A stretch of DNA of 63,494 nucleotides, filler included, from Asterionella formosa (GCA_002256025.1; 26 parts of 26 records of this genome joined end to end with filler, not necessarily neighbours in it); one strand, 5' to 3'. Counted from the first letter of the whole stretch, positions 1 through 12,427 are shown. Numbers and translations: made by a program. The notes: generated from the letters alone by a model not told the origin.

Positions 1-1088
1 GTTCTCATTGCTGACAGAATCACATTGATACCTCCTTCTTCAACAATTGTCACCCTGTTCTTGTCATCAATCACAGCCAAGCTTTGAAGCTCCAAGAGAC
101 CTTCGTTTTGTTTACGACCATTCTGCTCATTCCTTCTCATCTCTAAAAGAATTGCAGCAATCGGAGATGAAATTGTGGATGTTGGAATTTGATGTAAAAG
201 GTCTTTTAAGAAAGCCTTTGCAATATCCTTTGCAGATTGATTGCTGTTTGATGTACCTCCTAGATGAAGTTTACTCAAGACAGTATTTACCTCAAGAGCC
301 TCAACAATGGCATTGGTGCCATCAATACCAATTGAATTCATACTGAGACAAAGGCAAGTCAAGACAGTATTGACCTTGAGGGCCTCTGCAAAAGCCTTGG
401 CACCATCATCACCAATTGCATTATCAATGAGTTCAAGATCATACAAGACAAAATTGACCTTGAGGGCCTCTGCAATGGCCTTGGCACCATTTGCACCAAT
501 TGAATTAAAACTGAGATCAAGTTTAGTCAAGACAGCATTGACTTTGAGGGCCTCTGCAATGGCTTTGGCACCATCAACATGCACTGAATTTGTAGAAAGA
601 TCAAGTGTAGTCAAGGTAGTATTGAGCTTGAGGCACTCTGCAATGGCCTTGGCACCATCATCACCAATTGAATTATTGATGATCTGAAGCTTTGTCAAGA
701 CAGTATTGACCTTGAGGGCCTCTGCAATGGCCTTTGCGCCATCAGCACCAATTCGATTATGGCTGAGATAAAGCTCATTCAAGGTAGTATTGACCTTGAG
801 GGCCTCTGCAATGGCCTTGGCACCAGCAACGCCAATTGAGTTCCTACTGAGATCAAGTACTGTCAAGACAGTATTGACATTGAGTGTCTCTGCAAAGGCC
901 TTGGCATTATCATCACCAATTGATTTGTCTGAAAGAGAAAGTTTAATCATGTGTGTATCATTTTCTTTCAACCGTTATACAGATATTTCCAAACATGCTT
1001 CAGCACTCATGACCTTGTTGTTATCATTATTCACAACCAACTGTTCAAGTGTTGCACAACCATATTCTTGCAGATCAGCATTGGAGGA
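1..1088 (-). pseudogene. ARM-LRR-ARM protein fragment (RI/NLRC3-like 28-aa LRRs), one in-frame stop, open at both contig ends
   Basis: Manual minus-strand translation (absent from the ORF track): SNADLQEYGCATLEQLVVNNDNNKV (armadillo-like), TAA at 977-975, about eight units of xxNxIGxxGAKAIAEALKVNxxLxxLxL, then DDKNRVTIVEEGGINVILSAMR (armadillo-like). Confidence 0.85.
260..935 (-). repeat. 84-bp coding tandem repeat (LRR units), about 8 copies
   Basis: The core ttgaccttgagggcctctgcaatggccttggcaccatc recurs every 84 bp. Confidence 0.9.
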
Positions 1089-1188
1089 NNNNNNNNNNNN
1101 NNNNNNNNNNNNNNNNNNNNNNNNNNNNNNNNTTAATTAATTAANNNNNNNNNNNNNNNNNNNNNNNNNNNNNNNNNNNNNNNNNNNN
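1089..1188. other. Artificial contig linker N44-TTAATTAATTAA-N44 (first of 25; others start at 2277, 19863, 21056, 22243, 23430, 24617, 25804, 26990, 28176, 29362, 30555, 31747, 49282, 50467, 51652, 52837, 54022, 55207, 56392, 57576, 58760, 59944, 61128, 62312)
   Basis: Identical 100-bp spacer with stop codons in all six frames, placed between unrelated sequences. Confidence 0.99.
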
Positions 1189-2276
1189 ACATTTGGGTAA
1201 CAAGCGCCTATGTTGCTACATTCTTGGGGAAGATGGAACCTGGAAAGGCGCGGTATGGGTGGTATTTCCGACACCACATACCGTATTTGGAGAGGGTGGG
1301 ACCAAGCTTGGCACCTGCGGCCGCAGGTGCTCAGATACACCCACCCGGATCCCCAACGCCCATGATACCACCAGATGGCTGTGGGGCACCACTGGTGGTG
1401 GGCACCCTTAACATCAACGGGCTGCAGCGGAAAAAAACCGATCTTCGGTTTCTGTTGCAACAAACCCGGTGTGATGTTATGGCAGTGCAGGAGACGCTGC
1501 TCCGATCAACGGATTGGCAGCTTCGTTTGCCAGGTTACCATTGCCTCACAGCAATGGGGGACCTGACAGCGTCGCAGCGAGGTGTGGCAATACTGGTGTC
1601 GACCAAATTCAACTGTACCCCAGTTGGTAAGGCCACACCATTTTGGACTTTTGCGAGAGTCTATGGGGCCACCCTCTTGAGGCCTATTCTTGTGGGAACA
1701 ATTTATGTCCCATGCAGAGCGGATCGCATCCGAGTGCTCAGGGCCCTGCCCTGAGCCTTGGACGCTCTGCATCGGGAGTTTCCAGAAGATCCCATTGTGA
1801 TGATGGGAGACTTCAACATGAAGATGACGGAGCTGCAGATTCTGATGGGACCGTGGCGGCTTCCCTTTCGGGTGTTACCCATCCAAGGGGGGGCCTCCAC
1901 TCGCCAAAGCCGGCGGGAGGGACAGCCAACACCTGCCATTGATTTCATCACATATTGTGGTGACACAGTGGCGGCTGTCCCCCCTGCCAGGGTCCTCGAC
2001 ACATGGGATATTTCGGACCACTTCCCAGTTGTTGCGGACCTACCTGGGCTTACCAGAATCCCAGAGATGGGGATTGCCCCACCACGGCCGGAATCACTGT
2101 ACCGGCGGATTGTGATGGAAGAGAAGGAACTCAAAGTAACCGTGGCTAATAGTAACTATTGGCAGCCACTAGCTGACTCGCTGGAAGAGGACCTGGAGGA
2201 TGTAATCGAGTGTTCACATTCACTTGAAAACCCCACCAGTTACCACCAGGAAAGGTTGGATGGTATGGCCAAGAAG
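1189..2276 (+). mobile_element. Non-LTR retrotransposon (LINE) fragment: apurinic-type endonuclease domain with an in-frame TGA at 1752-1754
   Basis: EEP/APE motifs in one frame across ORFs 1224-1754 and 1758-2276: TLNINGL, AVQET, RGVAIL, MGDFN, AIDFI, SDHFPV. Confidence 0.9.
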
Positions 2277-3047
2277 NNNNNNNNNNNNNNNNNNNNNNNN
2301 NNNNNNNNNNNNNNNNNNNNTTAATTAATTAANNNNNNNNNNNNNNNNNNNNNNNNNNNNNNNNNNNNNNNNNNNNGTTGGATCAGCAGTAGACAACTCA
2401 ACAATATCTTCGACGTCCTCATCAGCTACAACGCATTGCTTCTCTTCCGAATCAATGCGAATAGAGGCAGCATCAGAAGTTTCAGCCGTACCCACTACTT
2501 TGCTGCTCATTGCGCCAATTAATCGAGATATAGTCGATGTCGGAAGATTGGTATAGAGATGAGCGGACTACTGATTCTTGTATGACTCACGAAGCTGAAA
2601 GGTAATGTATACAGAGTACCGTAGTATATATATAACAAAAAATAGTTGGCGCAATATTTAATAGTGTTGTGCTTGCGTATTTACAGTTATTTTATCAGTG
2701 GCAACGGACGTGATACACAGTGATCAACGGCTTGATCAGTGATACAGCATTGGTCAGGGGTCCAAAAACTGTATCAGTGATACACCCATGATACACCGGT
2801 GATCAGACCAAAAAAACCGTTGGTGATACACAAAAAAAAACCAAACCGCCATTTTTGTATCATATTTCGGCGATGATACACCAATGACAACAAATAACAG
2901 AATGATAAGAACGGCCCTGAACAAAAGGAGACACCATCCTTCTCGAACATCAGAAGCTATCCAAAAAGGGGTCAGTAATTATTTTATGTATCATGCTTGT
3001 ATCATGATTATTTCTCCTCAACAAAGCACAATATACAGGACAACATT

Positions 3048-3332
3048 ATGATGTCTGCCAAACGCTCTGTAGGGGAAGAACTTTTTCTCGTCCACCTCAA
3101 TCGGCAATTGCAAGAGGAGAACGATACCAAAGAAACAACTCCCCCTCGTGAACGAAGCGTGTCAATCGGGGAAGAACTGTTCGGAGTTCACCTAAAGCGG
3201 GCGAAAGGAATGGAGCCTGACAGCGAGCTTCTTGCCGGCAAGGCCACTGATGGTGTCAGCGGTCACGTCATTCACTTGCGATCCAGAGATGTTCCTCCAA
3301 ACAAGCGCGCTTCCCCCAACCATCGCCAGTAA
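3048..3332 (+). CDS. Small hypothetical protein (about 94 aa) with a duplicated S(V/I)GEELFxVHLxR motif
   Basis: ATG at 3048; internal repeat RSVGEELFLVHLNR / VSIGEELFGVHLKR is better conserved as protein than as DNA; convergent with UBE4B. Confidence 0.55.
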   Translation: MMSAKRSVGEELFLVHLNRQLQEENDTKETTPPRERSVSIGEELFGVHLKRAKGMEPDSELLAGKATDGVSGHVIHLRSRDVPPNKRASPNHRQ

Positions 3333-3550
3333 CACCCCATCTGCCGCCACTTTCATGTCGCGAATACAAGATTTGAGTTCTTGTCTTGAATCATCCAAGC
3401 ATGAGTAGCATAGCATATCTATTTGCCAGTTTTAGCAATACATTGAGATTCCCTACATATAACGACTAAGTTTGTTCTCAATGTTCACCTAAACACTTGG
3501 TATGGACTTTCATCATTGGGTAAATTATCTGCAAAGATCTGTAGCCAGCT

Positions 3551-6500
3551 TCAGTTATTACCCTGTGTGGCACGTTTCTCGTCCAACCACTTGTCGATGC
3601 GAGCTTTCAGCTCCGTTGCTGGCTGGACCATATCCACAGTCAGACCCTTACGATTAAATGGATCATGCGGATCGTTCAGCAAATGCTGCGTAATTGTGGA
3701 CCGATCAACGATGTTCTCGCTCGTCGGGAGGTACACAGGATCCATCATGAAGGTGCACATCAGAGGATCCAAAAATTCGTCCGGACAATCAGAAGTAAGG
3801 GCGTCGTCACTTGCCACTAGCTCACATGCCTCGTTCACAGCAAGTGGAAGGTCTGCAAAGGCCTCCATGGATGCACCAGTTAGCAAATTCAACTTGCGAC
3901 AGGTGGTGACGGACTTGGCCATCAGCTCTGAATTGTAATATCCACTCTTGGCACATTCTACTTGGAAATCTTGAGCGGTGGAAAACAAGGCAAAAATAGC
4001 ACACAGGTCTCTGAGCATTTCCTTCGGACGGAAGTTGAGCTCTTCAGGATTCTTGACCTGTATGAAAGGGATAGGAAGTGAAGTAAGATGACGCATTAAC
4101 TATGGTAAACGAATGTTCAAAATAATCAAAATTTGAAACACGCACCTTAAGCTCCAACCCCTTTGATCCCACTAATTTAGTCAAGACATGCAACAACATG
4201 TTAACCAGGCGAGGACACATCTCTTGAAGAAGAAAGAGAGTCCTAATATTCTCGTCCGTATTCAGATATCCCAACATTTGCAGAGTCTTGCTACAAAGTG
4301 GAAACGCTCGCTTTACTTCGTGCTCATTGTCTTCCAAACGACTAGAAACTCGATCACGTTGCTCATCCGGGAGGGCTGCCCATCCTTGTGGGTTGTCCAT
4401 CTGTTCCTGAGCTTGACGAATCTCAGGCAGTTTTTCCATCACACTTGCAATGAGGGCGTTGGTTTCGTTCATGATACCATTAGCGAACTTTATGAAGGAA
4501 TCCTTGTTTTGTGTAATTCGTCGAAATGCTGGACGGTGCTCTGTACTTTCCCACAAGTATTTTAGCAACGAGGCAATATTGGCTCGGTGTCCCATCTTTT
4601 CGTAGTAGCCTGTGTGTTCGACCTCTCCGTAAAGTAACAACAACGAAGGCGCAAGAGTTTCTTGTGCGACTTTATCTGACGCTAGAAATGTCTGACCACC
4701 GGCCATGGGATCAGACGACACAGACGAAGGAACATCACGGCGACCGTCCCCAATGGACGGAGGTAGGTAGACCTCATATAGGACATCACCCAATTTTGCT
4801 CTCAAGTTGTAATTCCGAACAAAAGCAGCAAAGTCAGGGGACAAGAGCTTAACTACCATGCGGAAAATGTCGCAATAATCATGACCCAATAAAAGCTTGG
4901 GCTTCATTTTAGCAAGGAAAATGAGAATGTCACATATATCATCCACAAAGTGCTCCGGCATCAAACGAAGCTGATCGTCATTCAAACGAAGCAAAAAACC
5001 CGCCATCAAGTTGCAGAATTGCAAAGTCGCACTGATCATATTCTCCAAGAAGAGAGTGACTTCGTTGGCTCGCTGCATGCTGATGAAATTCGAGAATCGA
5101 GGGTCACTAGCTAGGTCTGTATTTCGTTGGCGTAATTCGTAGTGCAAATGACTGATTTGACGAAGCAAATTATGGTGAAAAGACGAGAGTGGAACCAGAC
5201 CAAGATGAAGAGAGCGAGCAGCGAAAAAGAAACACTGAGGAATGAAGCTATTCTTCGGATTATACTCTTGAACCGGGCGAGTTGAATTCTCTCCCAATCG
5301 AGGAACTGAATCATCGCCATTTGTAGCATATACACCACCATGTACAGAAGGGTCCGACACAAAGCCAGGGTCAATAAGAGCAGACTTGGAACCATTCATC
5401 ATGAAAGGTTCACACAATTTGAGCAAGACAACCGAAAGGTTGATCAACGTCGGAGTTTTCGAAACCTTGCTGTAATCAGGTCTCATCGCCGTAGCTCCCA
5501 CATTGACAAGAAGAGCATCCACCACCCACGTCATGACTGCGTTACGAGCATCTGCACCGGCTGTCACTAAAGCCCGTACTAGCTGATTGCAGATGTCTTG
5601 ATACACGACAAGCTGTCGACGTTGATGGTCACATGCCTTCTCAATCGAATCGACAGATGCCATTATATTAGGGAAGGCCGACGTAACAGACGGGGAATCT
5701 CGAGGACAACCCAGTCGAAGCACAAGCCCCAAGATGGTATCTTTTTCTAATGCAGGACCAGATCGCTTGAGATATCCAGTATTGCTGCGGCCCATGGCTT
5801 GCATCAGTCTAAAGAACTGTTGCTGTTGCGAAGACGCGCCTGCAGGAAGTGTCGGCGGTGGCGGTGTCACGCGATCCTGCGCTGTGAGAGAATTAACAGG
5901 AGGGAGCAAAAAGTTGGGAAGCTGTGTCATAACAAGAGCAGCTTTCTTGTGCGAACACAAAGCCGCCATGGCAGCAACAATGACAAGACCTCCTCCATCC
6001 GAAGCACTGTCAAGAACAGTGTCCACCTTTGCTAGTGCAGTCGTGAGGTAGTTGATCACACAACAAATGATGGACTCAAAAACAGCCTTGTCGTGGTCAA
6101 GAAGTTCGTCGCACAAGCAATAATAGAACGAACTCTGCGTCCCCGAGACTCCATGCGTAATGGACGACCAGATATCTGTAGTAGCTGCCAAGAGACACTT
6201 GGCTAATTGAGTATTCCCGTCCTTACCGCCTTCAAAAAGATCTGGAATCATGAGGGACGAAGCAGCGTAGCTCACAGCCTGAAGTTGAATCTCTTGCAAA
6301 ATGTTTTCTAGTTCAGGGTCTTGCTTTCCTTTTGGCTGCTGCTTTTGTGACTTGAGCTCTTCTCCAGCCTTCTTGTGACAAGTGGCCAGGTAACGCAAAA
6401 TTCCCTTTGACTGTCCGTCTGGAAGCTCCTTCATGGCAAGACGCGATGACAGAATGTCAGCAATCGTTTGTGCGGAAATCTCTTGTACATCCTGTACAAT

Positions 6501-6953
6501 TGCGCATGACGAGTCCGACGTCATAGAAGTTCCAGCAAGCGCCACCGAAAGCACTTTCCTTATGACAAGCTCCTTCTTCATTTCAAGCTTTCTATTTTCA
6601 TCTTCTTTGCTTCGTTTATTCCTCTTTAGTACAGGTTCTGACGATACAAGTATTGTGGCCGGCTTAGGCTGGACAACAGAAACCAGTTTTGTTGCAGCGG
6701 GCTTGCGGTCTTCTGGCGGGTCTACATCCATATTTTCGACTACCGACGCAACAATAGTACTCTCAACTTCCATAGGTTGCGATTGCTGCACATTCATGCG
6801 AGCCAGTCGACGAGCTCGAATGTAGTCTTCTGTCAACGGAGGATCAGCTGTTTGTGATTGTTCTTCCGTTTCTGCTGCTCCTTGTTCATCATTGTTTACA
6901 GTTCCTCCACCGAGAGCCCATCTTGCTAAATCACTAGGAAATAATCCGGACAT
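3551..6953 (-). CDS. UFD2: Ubiquitin conjugation factor E4 (Ufd2/UBE4B), Ufd2P core + U-box; exons 6953-4146 and 4057-3551
   Basis: Ufd2 core motifs ([20 protein letters not shown]) and U-box [22 protein letters not shown]...[23 protein letters not shown] intron 4145-4058 joins GLELK|VKNPE in frame. Confidence 0.95.
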
Positions 6954-7117
6954 GCCTGATTCGATGGACAATCAGCAGGGAGTTCAAGATCAACGACTAC
7001 TTCAACAGATCCTATTCCGTTATCAACGTTAACAACAGAAGTCCTAGAGAAACGCGTTCACTAAACTTTATGTAACTAGTTTGCTTTTCTGGAATGATCG
7101 CATTTTCTTCCATGTAG

Positions 7118-7585
7118 ACTACCTGGGCGGGTACTGGTACCTGGAAGCACTACCTGGTACAGTACCAGGTACAGGTACCTGGTACCGGTAGAATAAACGC
7201 AACTTATTCCATCTTTGTTATGGATGATGGGGGGATGTAAAGGTAATGCCCAACAAATGTACATACGACGGGTATCCCAGCAGCATACCGGTATATGGAT
7301 CACCTATATACATAGCCAGAACCTGGTACCAGGTACCAGGTACCTGCTACTGAACTGGTAGGACTCCTACTATTTGTACAGTGCGATCCAGAGATACCGT
7401 TTCCAGGTACCAGGTACCAGGTTGTAGGTTATATTCAGTGCCACCATTTGCGTCGGGTCTTTCTTCGATTCCAATCGAAGATCGTAACAGTACACTCCTT
7501 AACGGCTATGCTTTTGGGCGACGTCTGCCTGCTGGGCGGGGGCGACGATCGCAGGTACCTGTTAGGTACCTGGTACCTACATACC
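7118..7585. repeat. Cluster of TA-flanked CC(A/T)GG / CCGG / CTGG motifs upstream of UFD2
   Basis: For example gtaccaggtacaggtacctggtaccggta (~7161-7189) and acctggtaccaggtaccaggtacctg (7321-7346). Confidence 0.85.
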
Positions 7586-7943
7586 GATATCCCGGTCTGC
7601 ATGTACATCGTGATGATCATAGCAACAACAAAATGTCACATGCCTGGGTGTGCTTCGAAATTAAAAGAATATCGTATCATGTGTATTATGTCATAAATTA
7701 CTAAACTCATAACCACAAAATTTGTGTTCGTGTTGATCAAATTTTTTCAGAGCTAGAAATAAAGGTGCACTACATAAAAATTATATTTATTCATGTATGA
7801 CTTCATATAATTTGCCAGAATATTTCAAGACTTGCTTGCTCATACCCAAAATGGCCTGCCCTCAGCAAAAAAGGTATGCATAACAACAATACAGTACATT
7901 TCAATCATCCAAAAGAAGGTATTTAACTCAAAGGATTCTTCCA

Positions 7944-8335
7944 TTGGACATGACTAGCTTTAGAGAAAGCTTGGTTTCCGGGTTAGTGGTTCTCGTGTTG
8001 GATGGATCCCTGCTAATCAGAACCCAAGAGAGTGCTACTCACAGCTGGAAGCTAAATGACAGGAGATCTCAAGCACAGGCATATAGGCATGGATGTGGAG
8101 GTCAAGAGATGTCTTCACTCCGGGCAGAGATTGGTGGATTTTTGGGTGGTATTTCTGCCATATCACACATCCTAAACTTGGAAACTCCCATTCCTTTGGA
8201 GAAAAGAGTTGCGCTGCCAATGTACCTAGACAACTCTGCTTTGATATCTCGAATTGAACAGGGGAAGTACAATGGCCTGAATGGCGCACTGCGCACAGAC
8301 TATCATCTTCTCCAGACAATTATCCATGCAATTAG
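7944..8335 (+). mobile_element. Degenerate RNase H domain of a non-LTR retrotransposon (diatom Ambal-like)
   Basis: RNase H acidic motifs LDGS, SSLRAEIGG, YLDN and DYHLL in the expected order. Confidence 0.7.
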
Positions 8336-8524
8336 CCAAAGAATTACAAAAAGATTTGATCCTAGGTTCTTTGGGAGTGAAAAAGAACAAATAATGGGCG
8401 GACCATTGGGATCATCCAATCTCATCATTCCTCACGACATTTTAGATTGTGAAAACCTTCTTATAACTTAACTAGTATGTGAAACTATATTATCACTACT
8501 ATTTATATTATTCTTGTGTATTTA

Positions 8525-11500
8525 TCAACGTTCACTTGTTAGTTTTTGGTCCCACCCAATTGATTTCCATAAATGACGTGCAGGCATGGCAACATAAAAA
8601 TTATCGTTCCGTATCTGTTCCAAAACTTCTTGCGGTTTCAGAGATTTCCTTGGCTTGATTCCTGTGGTTTCAAAGCAGGAACAACAAATGCTGCCGAAAG
8701 TATGCATGTTATGAAATTCAACAACGCTCAATTCAGTTGTATCTTTTTTAACATAAAGTCAATCCTTACAATGGAAATAGGCCCAACTCCATCTTCAAGA
8801 CTTTTTGTTCTTGCTGTTTCCTTTGCTGAATTCGCAATGCTCTTTACGTCGTAGTTGGCCCCCTTTGGTAAATCAGGATGAACCAATTGAGACCACAAGA
8901 AGGGTGCATCCTTACTCCGTGATAAATGCCCAATCTTATTAGGGACACCTGCTATATTCCATAGACCAGCCATTTGATGATGAAACAGAGAGCGAATTGA
9001 ACTTTAACAGGAAGGGATGGTGAATGGATCTTGGTAGGCGATTTTCCCAAATTATCAGGCGACATACTAGGCAACATCCTTGTATCCTGAATCATTCCCT
9101 CGAAATCAATTTCTGTTGAAATACCCTCAGTTACATTCATATGTACTACTTTACTCATCTTCTTTTGTTTGTTTTCTGTATGTAATGTATCACTTGCAAA
9201 AACAATTTTTCGTGCCAAGGAAAACTGCCTTGTTTCATATCACCTTGTTAAAATGTCATGCTTTAATCAATGTAATTGTCCATTGAAACGCTTACTGGGT
9301 TGCTCGTTTCAATTTGGCTTTCAAAAAAGACTCCAAATATCCATCAAAGAAATTAAGAGGAGATTCGAGCAAACTTCCTAATCAGATGAGGGTAATGTTT
9401 CATTCCATGAAATTTTACCGTTCGTAAGCCAATTTGAGATATCATTTCCCGTTGGGGACCAATCATAATCTTAGTAACTGACATAAATCTCTTAACCCTT
9501 TCCTCTAAAATATCAGTACATGTTGATGTATATTGTGGTATGAATAAAGTGTCATTGATAGATATACATAACCATAACAGCAATGTGAAATCCTTTTCTA
9601 GGTGCATGTTCTCTGAACCCATCATTCCACCCATTGAAAAAATAGTTAACAGACATAGATGATCCGGGAATTCCTTGCCCTGACATTTTGACAAAGCTTT
9701 CATCCCAGATCTGTATGACAATTTTGGAATATCACGATCGCTTTGCCTTGCTTTCCAAATGACTATTGATATATCTAGCAGCCACTTTGTTCTAAGTATA
9801 GTTTCGAAAATACATGCATTTCTGGTGCTGGTACAAGTGTTGGGTCTTGATTTTTGCCAGTGTAGATACTTTTGGTAACTGGTGCCTGTGTCCTTTTTGG
9901 TCTTAGCCCGTTTCTTCTTCGGTTGCTCTTGATCAAGAAAAGCAGATTCTGTTGTTTCAGTGATATGTTTCTGATCAGAGATGTTCTCTGGAATATCTGA
10001 TGTGGTGATTTTCTTTCTTTAAAAGAAATATCCATTCTTCAGGGATAGTCCGATAATTGTACAATGATTCCAAAATGTACTTGAATTTTCAAAGTAGTAA
10101 TTGATGAAGAACCTCAAATGGAGTTGCACCAAATAATCCTTCTAAGTCACCACCAAAAAAAATGATTCATTAGTGCAGGCATAATAGGATTATGCGATAT
10201 AACACGGCACCACTCGTTTGCTGTTGCGTAGAGGATATGACAACTGGAAGTATATCGGGTACCGTATTCGAATTCCTGTTAAGTCTTGTATATTTTATCT
10301 AATCATACATACTGGTAGGGTATTAAATGTTCCTTCAAAAAAGTTACATACAGAGATGTATGTTCTATACACTTTTTGAAGAAGAGGAAATGTTGAGATA
10401 TTGTTAAAAAATTCATACCGGTAATGTGTTCTATTCCACATAACAAACTGATGAGGGAATGGAGATCGAGAGCCTTCTACCGGTATCAAACCAACCGGTG
10501 GGAAGAGGTAAGTTATATGATTGTTTTTCTTCTCAACTGTGGCTAAGAAGGGGCTTATGATCGGTACAGTGTGAGACCAGAAGCAAACTATAAATTGTAT
10601 CGCTGTTTGTGTGCGCTGCTGCCACTCAAAGTTTCTACACTTCCTCAGGACGAACGATAAAAATCAACTTATTACGAGGTAAGAAACCGCACATAATATG
10701 TTTGTGCACAATGCTGCTGAGGCTTTGTAGTGTCTGTGTCACCGAAAAAATGATTTATTAGTGCAGGCATAATAGGATTATGCGATATAACACGGCACCA
10801 CTTGTTTGCTGTTGCGTATTTGCCATTAGATTGGGAGACACAATACTCGGCTCAGGTGGGATACATGGTAATTTTCCATCGGGATATGCATTTTTGTCAA
10901 GAAAATTGTTTAAAAACTTTTTAACATCTGACACTTTACAATGTTCAAATCCAATATCGGGATTATCAGCGTCTTCAAAAGAAACCAGGCAATCACGACA
11001 AACATATCGTCGATATAATCCATTACCACCCCTGAAACCACAAGTTTTGTTCTGCTCTTCTGTATCACCAATGATCATTCCAATCTGGAAATAAACTTTT
11101 GTCATACCAAGACCATGAACCCAAATATTGTATGACTTGTTTAGATCTTCGAAAGGCGGCCGACAATAGAAATCCTGTAACAGAAAGGTATAATTTGAAT
11201 CGACATGAGGACAAGTCGTTGCTAACCAGATAACTTATTATTCATTTGTTTCTCCAGATCACTGACCTGCTTCAATGTCTGGCAAAAGAGATACCAATTG
11301 CCATCCATCAACTTTTTTCAATCCTTCCTTCTAACGTTAAGTTTAAGATTGTCAACAAAAACGGATGCTCGGAATGTTTCATTTGTTTATCAATAGGTGA
11401 ACCATCACTGAAAACTGCTAGGGCAGCAAATAAACACCCTGTCTTGCCTTCAACACTCCATTTTGTGATGCAGGAGAATTGTTGAATGCATTTTCAAACC

Positions 11501-12427
11501 AAATCGCGGAAGTTACTTCGTCATATATGCGTTCTCCACAAGTTGTCAGTTTCACTTGTGGGTGACATACAAAATGTTGCATGATATCATCGGAGACACA
11601 TAACAATCCTGCCATGAGCTGTACTGGTTCGAAATAATGGATTGTGCGTGGGATGATCATGTTTGAATTGCTTGTTATCAATCTGTATTTGTTTGGTTAA
11701 CAGTTGACCACCAGCTAATGTTGGTGGAAATGAAATATCCATGCTGTGTTTTTTCAAAGTCTGGTAGGATGGAGATTGATATGCCACCTTCCATCAAACT
11801 ATTTCATTGCTTTGGCCTTGAACAGCCATTTCATTAGATGATCAAAGTAAACTGGTGGAAGGTAGGTAATTCTCGTTAAGGAATAACATGAGTTCCAATT
11901 CTATTGGATGCGCGCATGTTCAGGGAATGTTGACTTGGAAGTTGAAATCGAGGAGGAAGGGGCATTTCCATTGCATTTTCAGGGAGAAAACCGGTGTGAT
12001 TTTGGAAATCTGAATATTGCATGGTCTCTGAATTCAATCCTTGGAGAGTTTTTAGTCTCAATTGTTTGTCTTGTTGTGACTGAATATTGTTATAAACTGA
12101 ATTGTCGCTGTCGTCATGAAATGGATGATTGTTGCCACTTGATTCAAGGATAGGACACATAATCTCTTCTTGTTGTCTACTCTCCCTAAATGCTGCAGCA
12201 GTTGTTACTACACTGCCATTAACTTCTTTCCTTGAATGATTCGATGCACTACCGCAATACATAGTTTCATTATGTTTTCCAGGATCTCGATGTTCTTGCA
12301 TGCAATGTCGACAGTGACCATATGCATAGAAAACACGGTTGCTACAATTTTGATTGTGAGACTCAGATGGGGATTTGTTCTTCGTTACACAGATAACACC
12401 ATTGCAATGTCCGCAAAGACATTGCAA
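8525..12427 (-). mobile_element. Degenerate Plavaka-type (CACTA/Transposase_21-related) transposase, frameshifted and interrupted
   Basis: Ordered motifs across frames: Cys-rich N-terminus, RIYDEVTSAIWF, IIGDTEEQNKTCG..VCRDC..DNP, FGGDLEGLFGATPFEVLHQ (~10160-10100), KCQGKEFP, KFHGMKHYPHLIRKF, and terminal PARHLW. Confidence 0.75.
10151..10818. repeat. ~80-bp direct repeat (10151-10230 and 10740-10818) flanking a 509-bp insertion in the transposase
   Basis: cacc-aaaaaatgatt-attagtgcaggcataataggattatgcgatataacacggcaccact-gtttgctgttgcgta occurs twice with few mismatches. Confidence 0.9.

Noticed and set aside
260..935. Diversity-generating retroelement or CRISPR reading of the LRR array next to the LINE fragment
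   Set aside because: The variable parts are in-frame codons, and the LINE is on a different contig.
307..1140. Plus-strand repetitive ORFs (LTLRASAMALAP)
   Set aside because: Antisense shadows of the minus-strand LRR frame.
1133..1144. TTAATTAATTAA recurring about every 1.19 kb as a possible repeat array
   Set aside because: Always centred in N-runs; it is an artificial linker, and the spacing reflects similar contig lengths.
7076..7704. ORFs with YQVPG/TRYL motifs
   Set aside because: Translations of the TACCAGGTA motif clusters; no coding signal.
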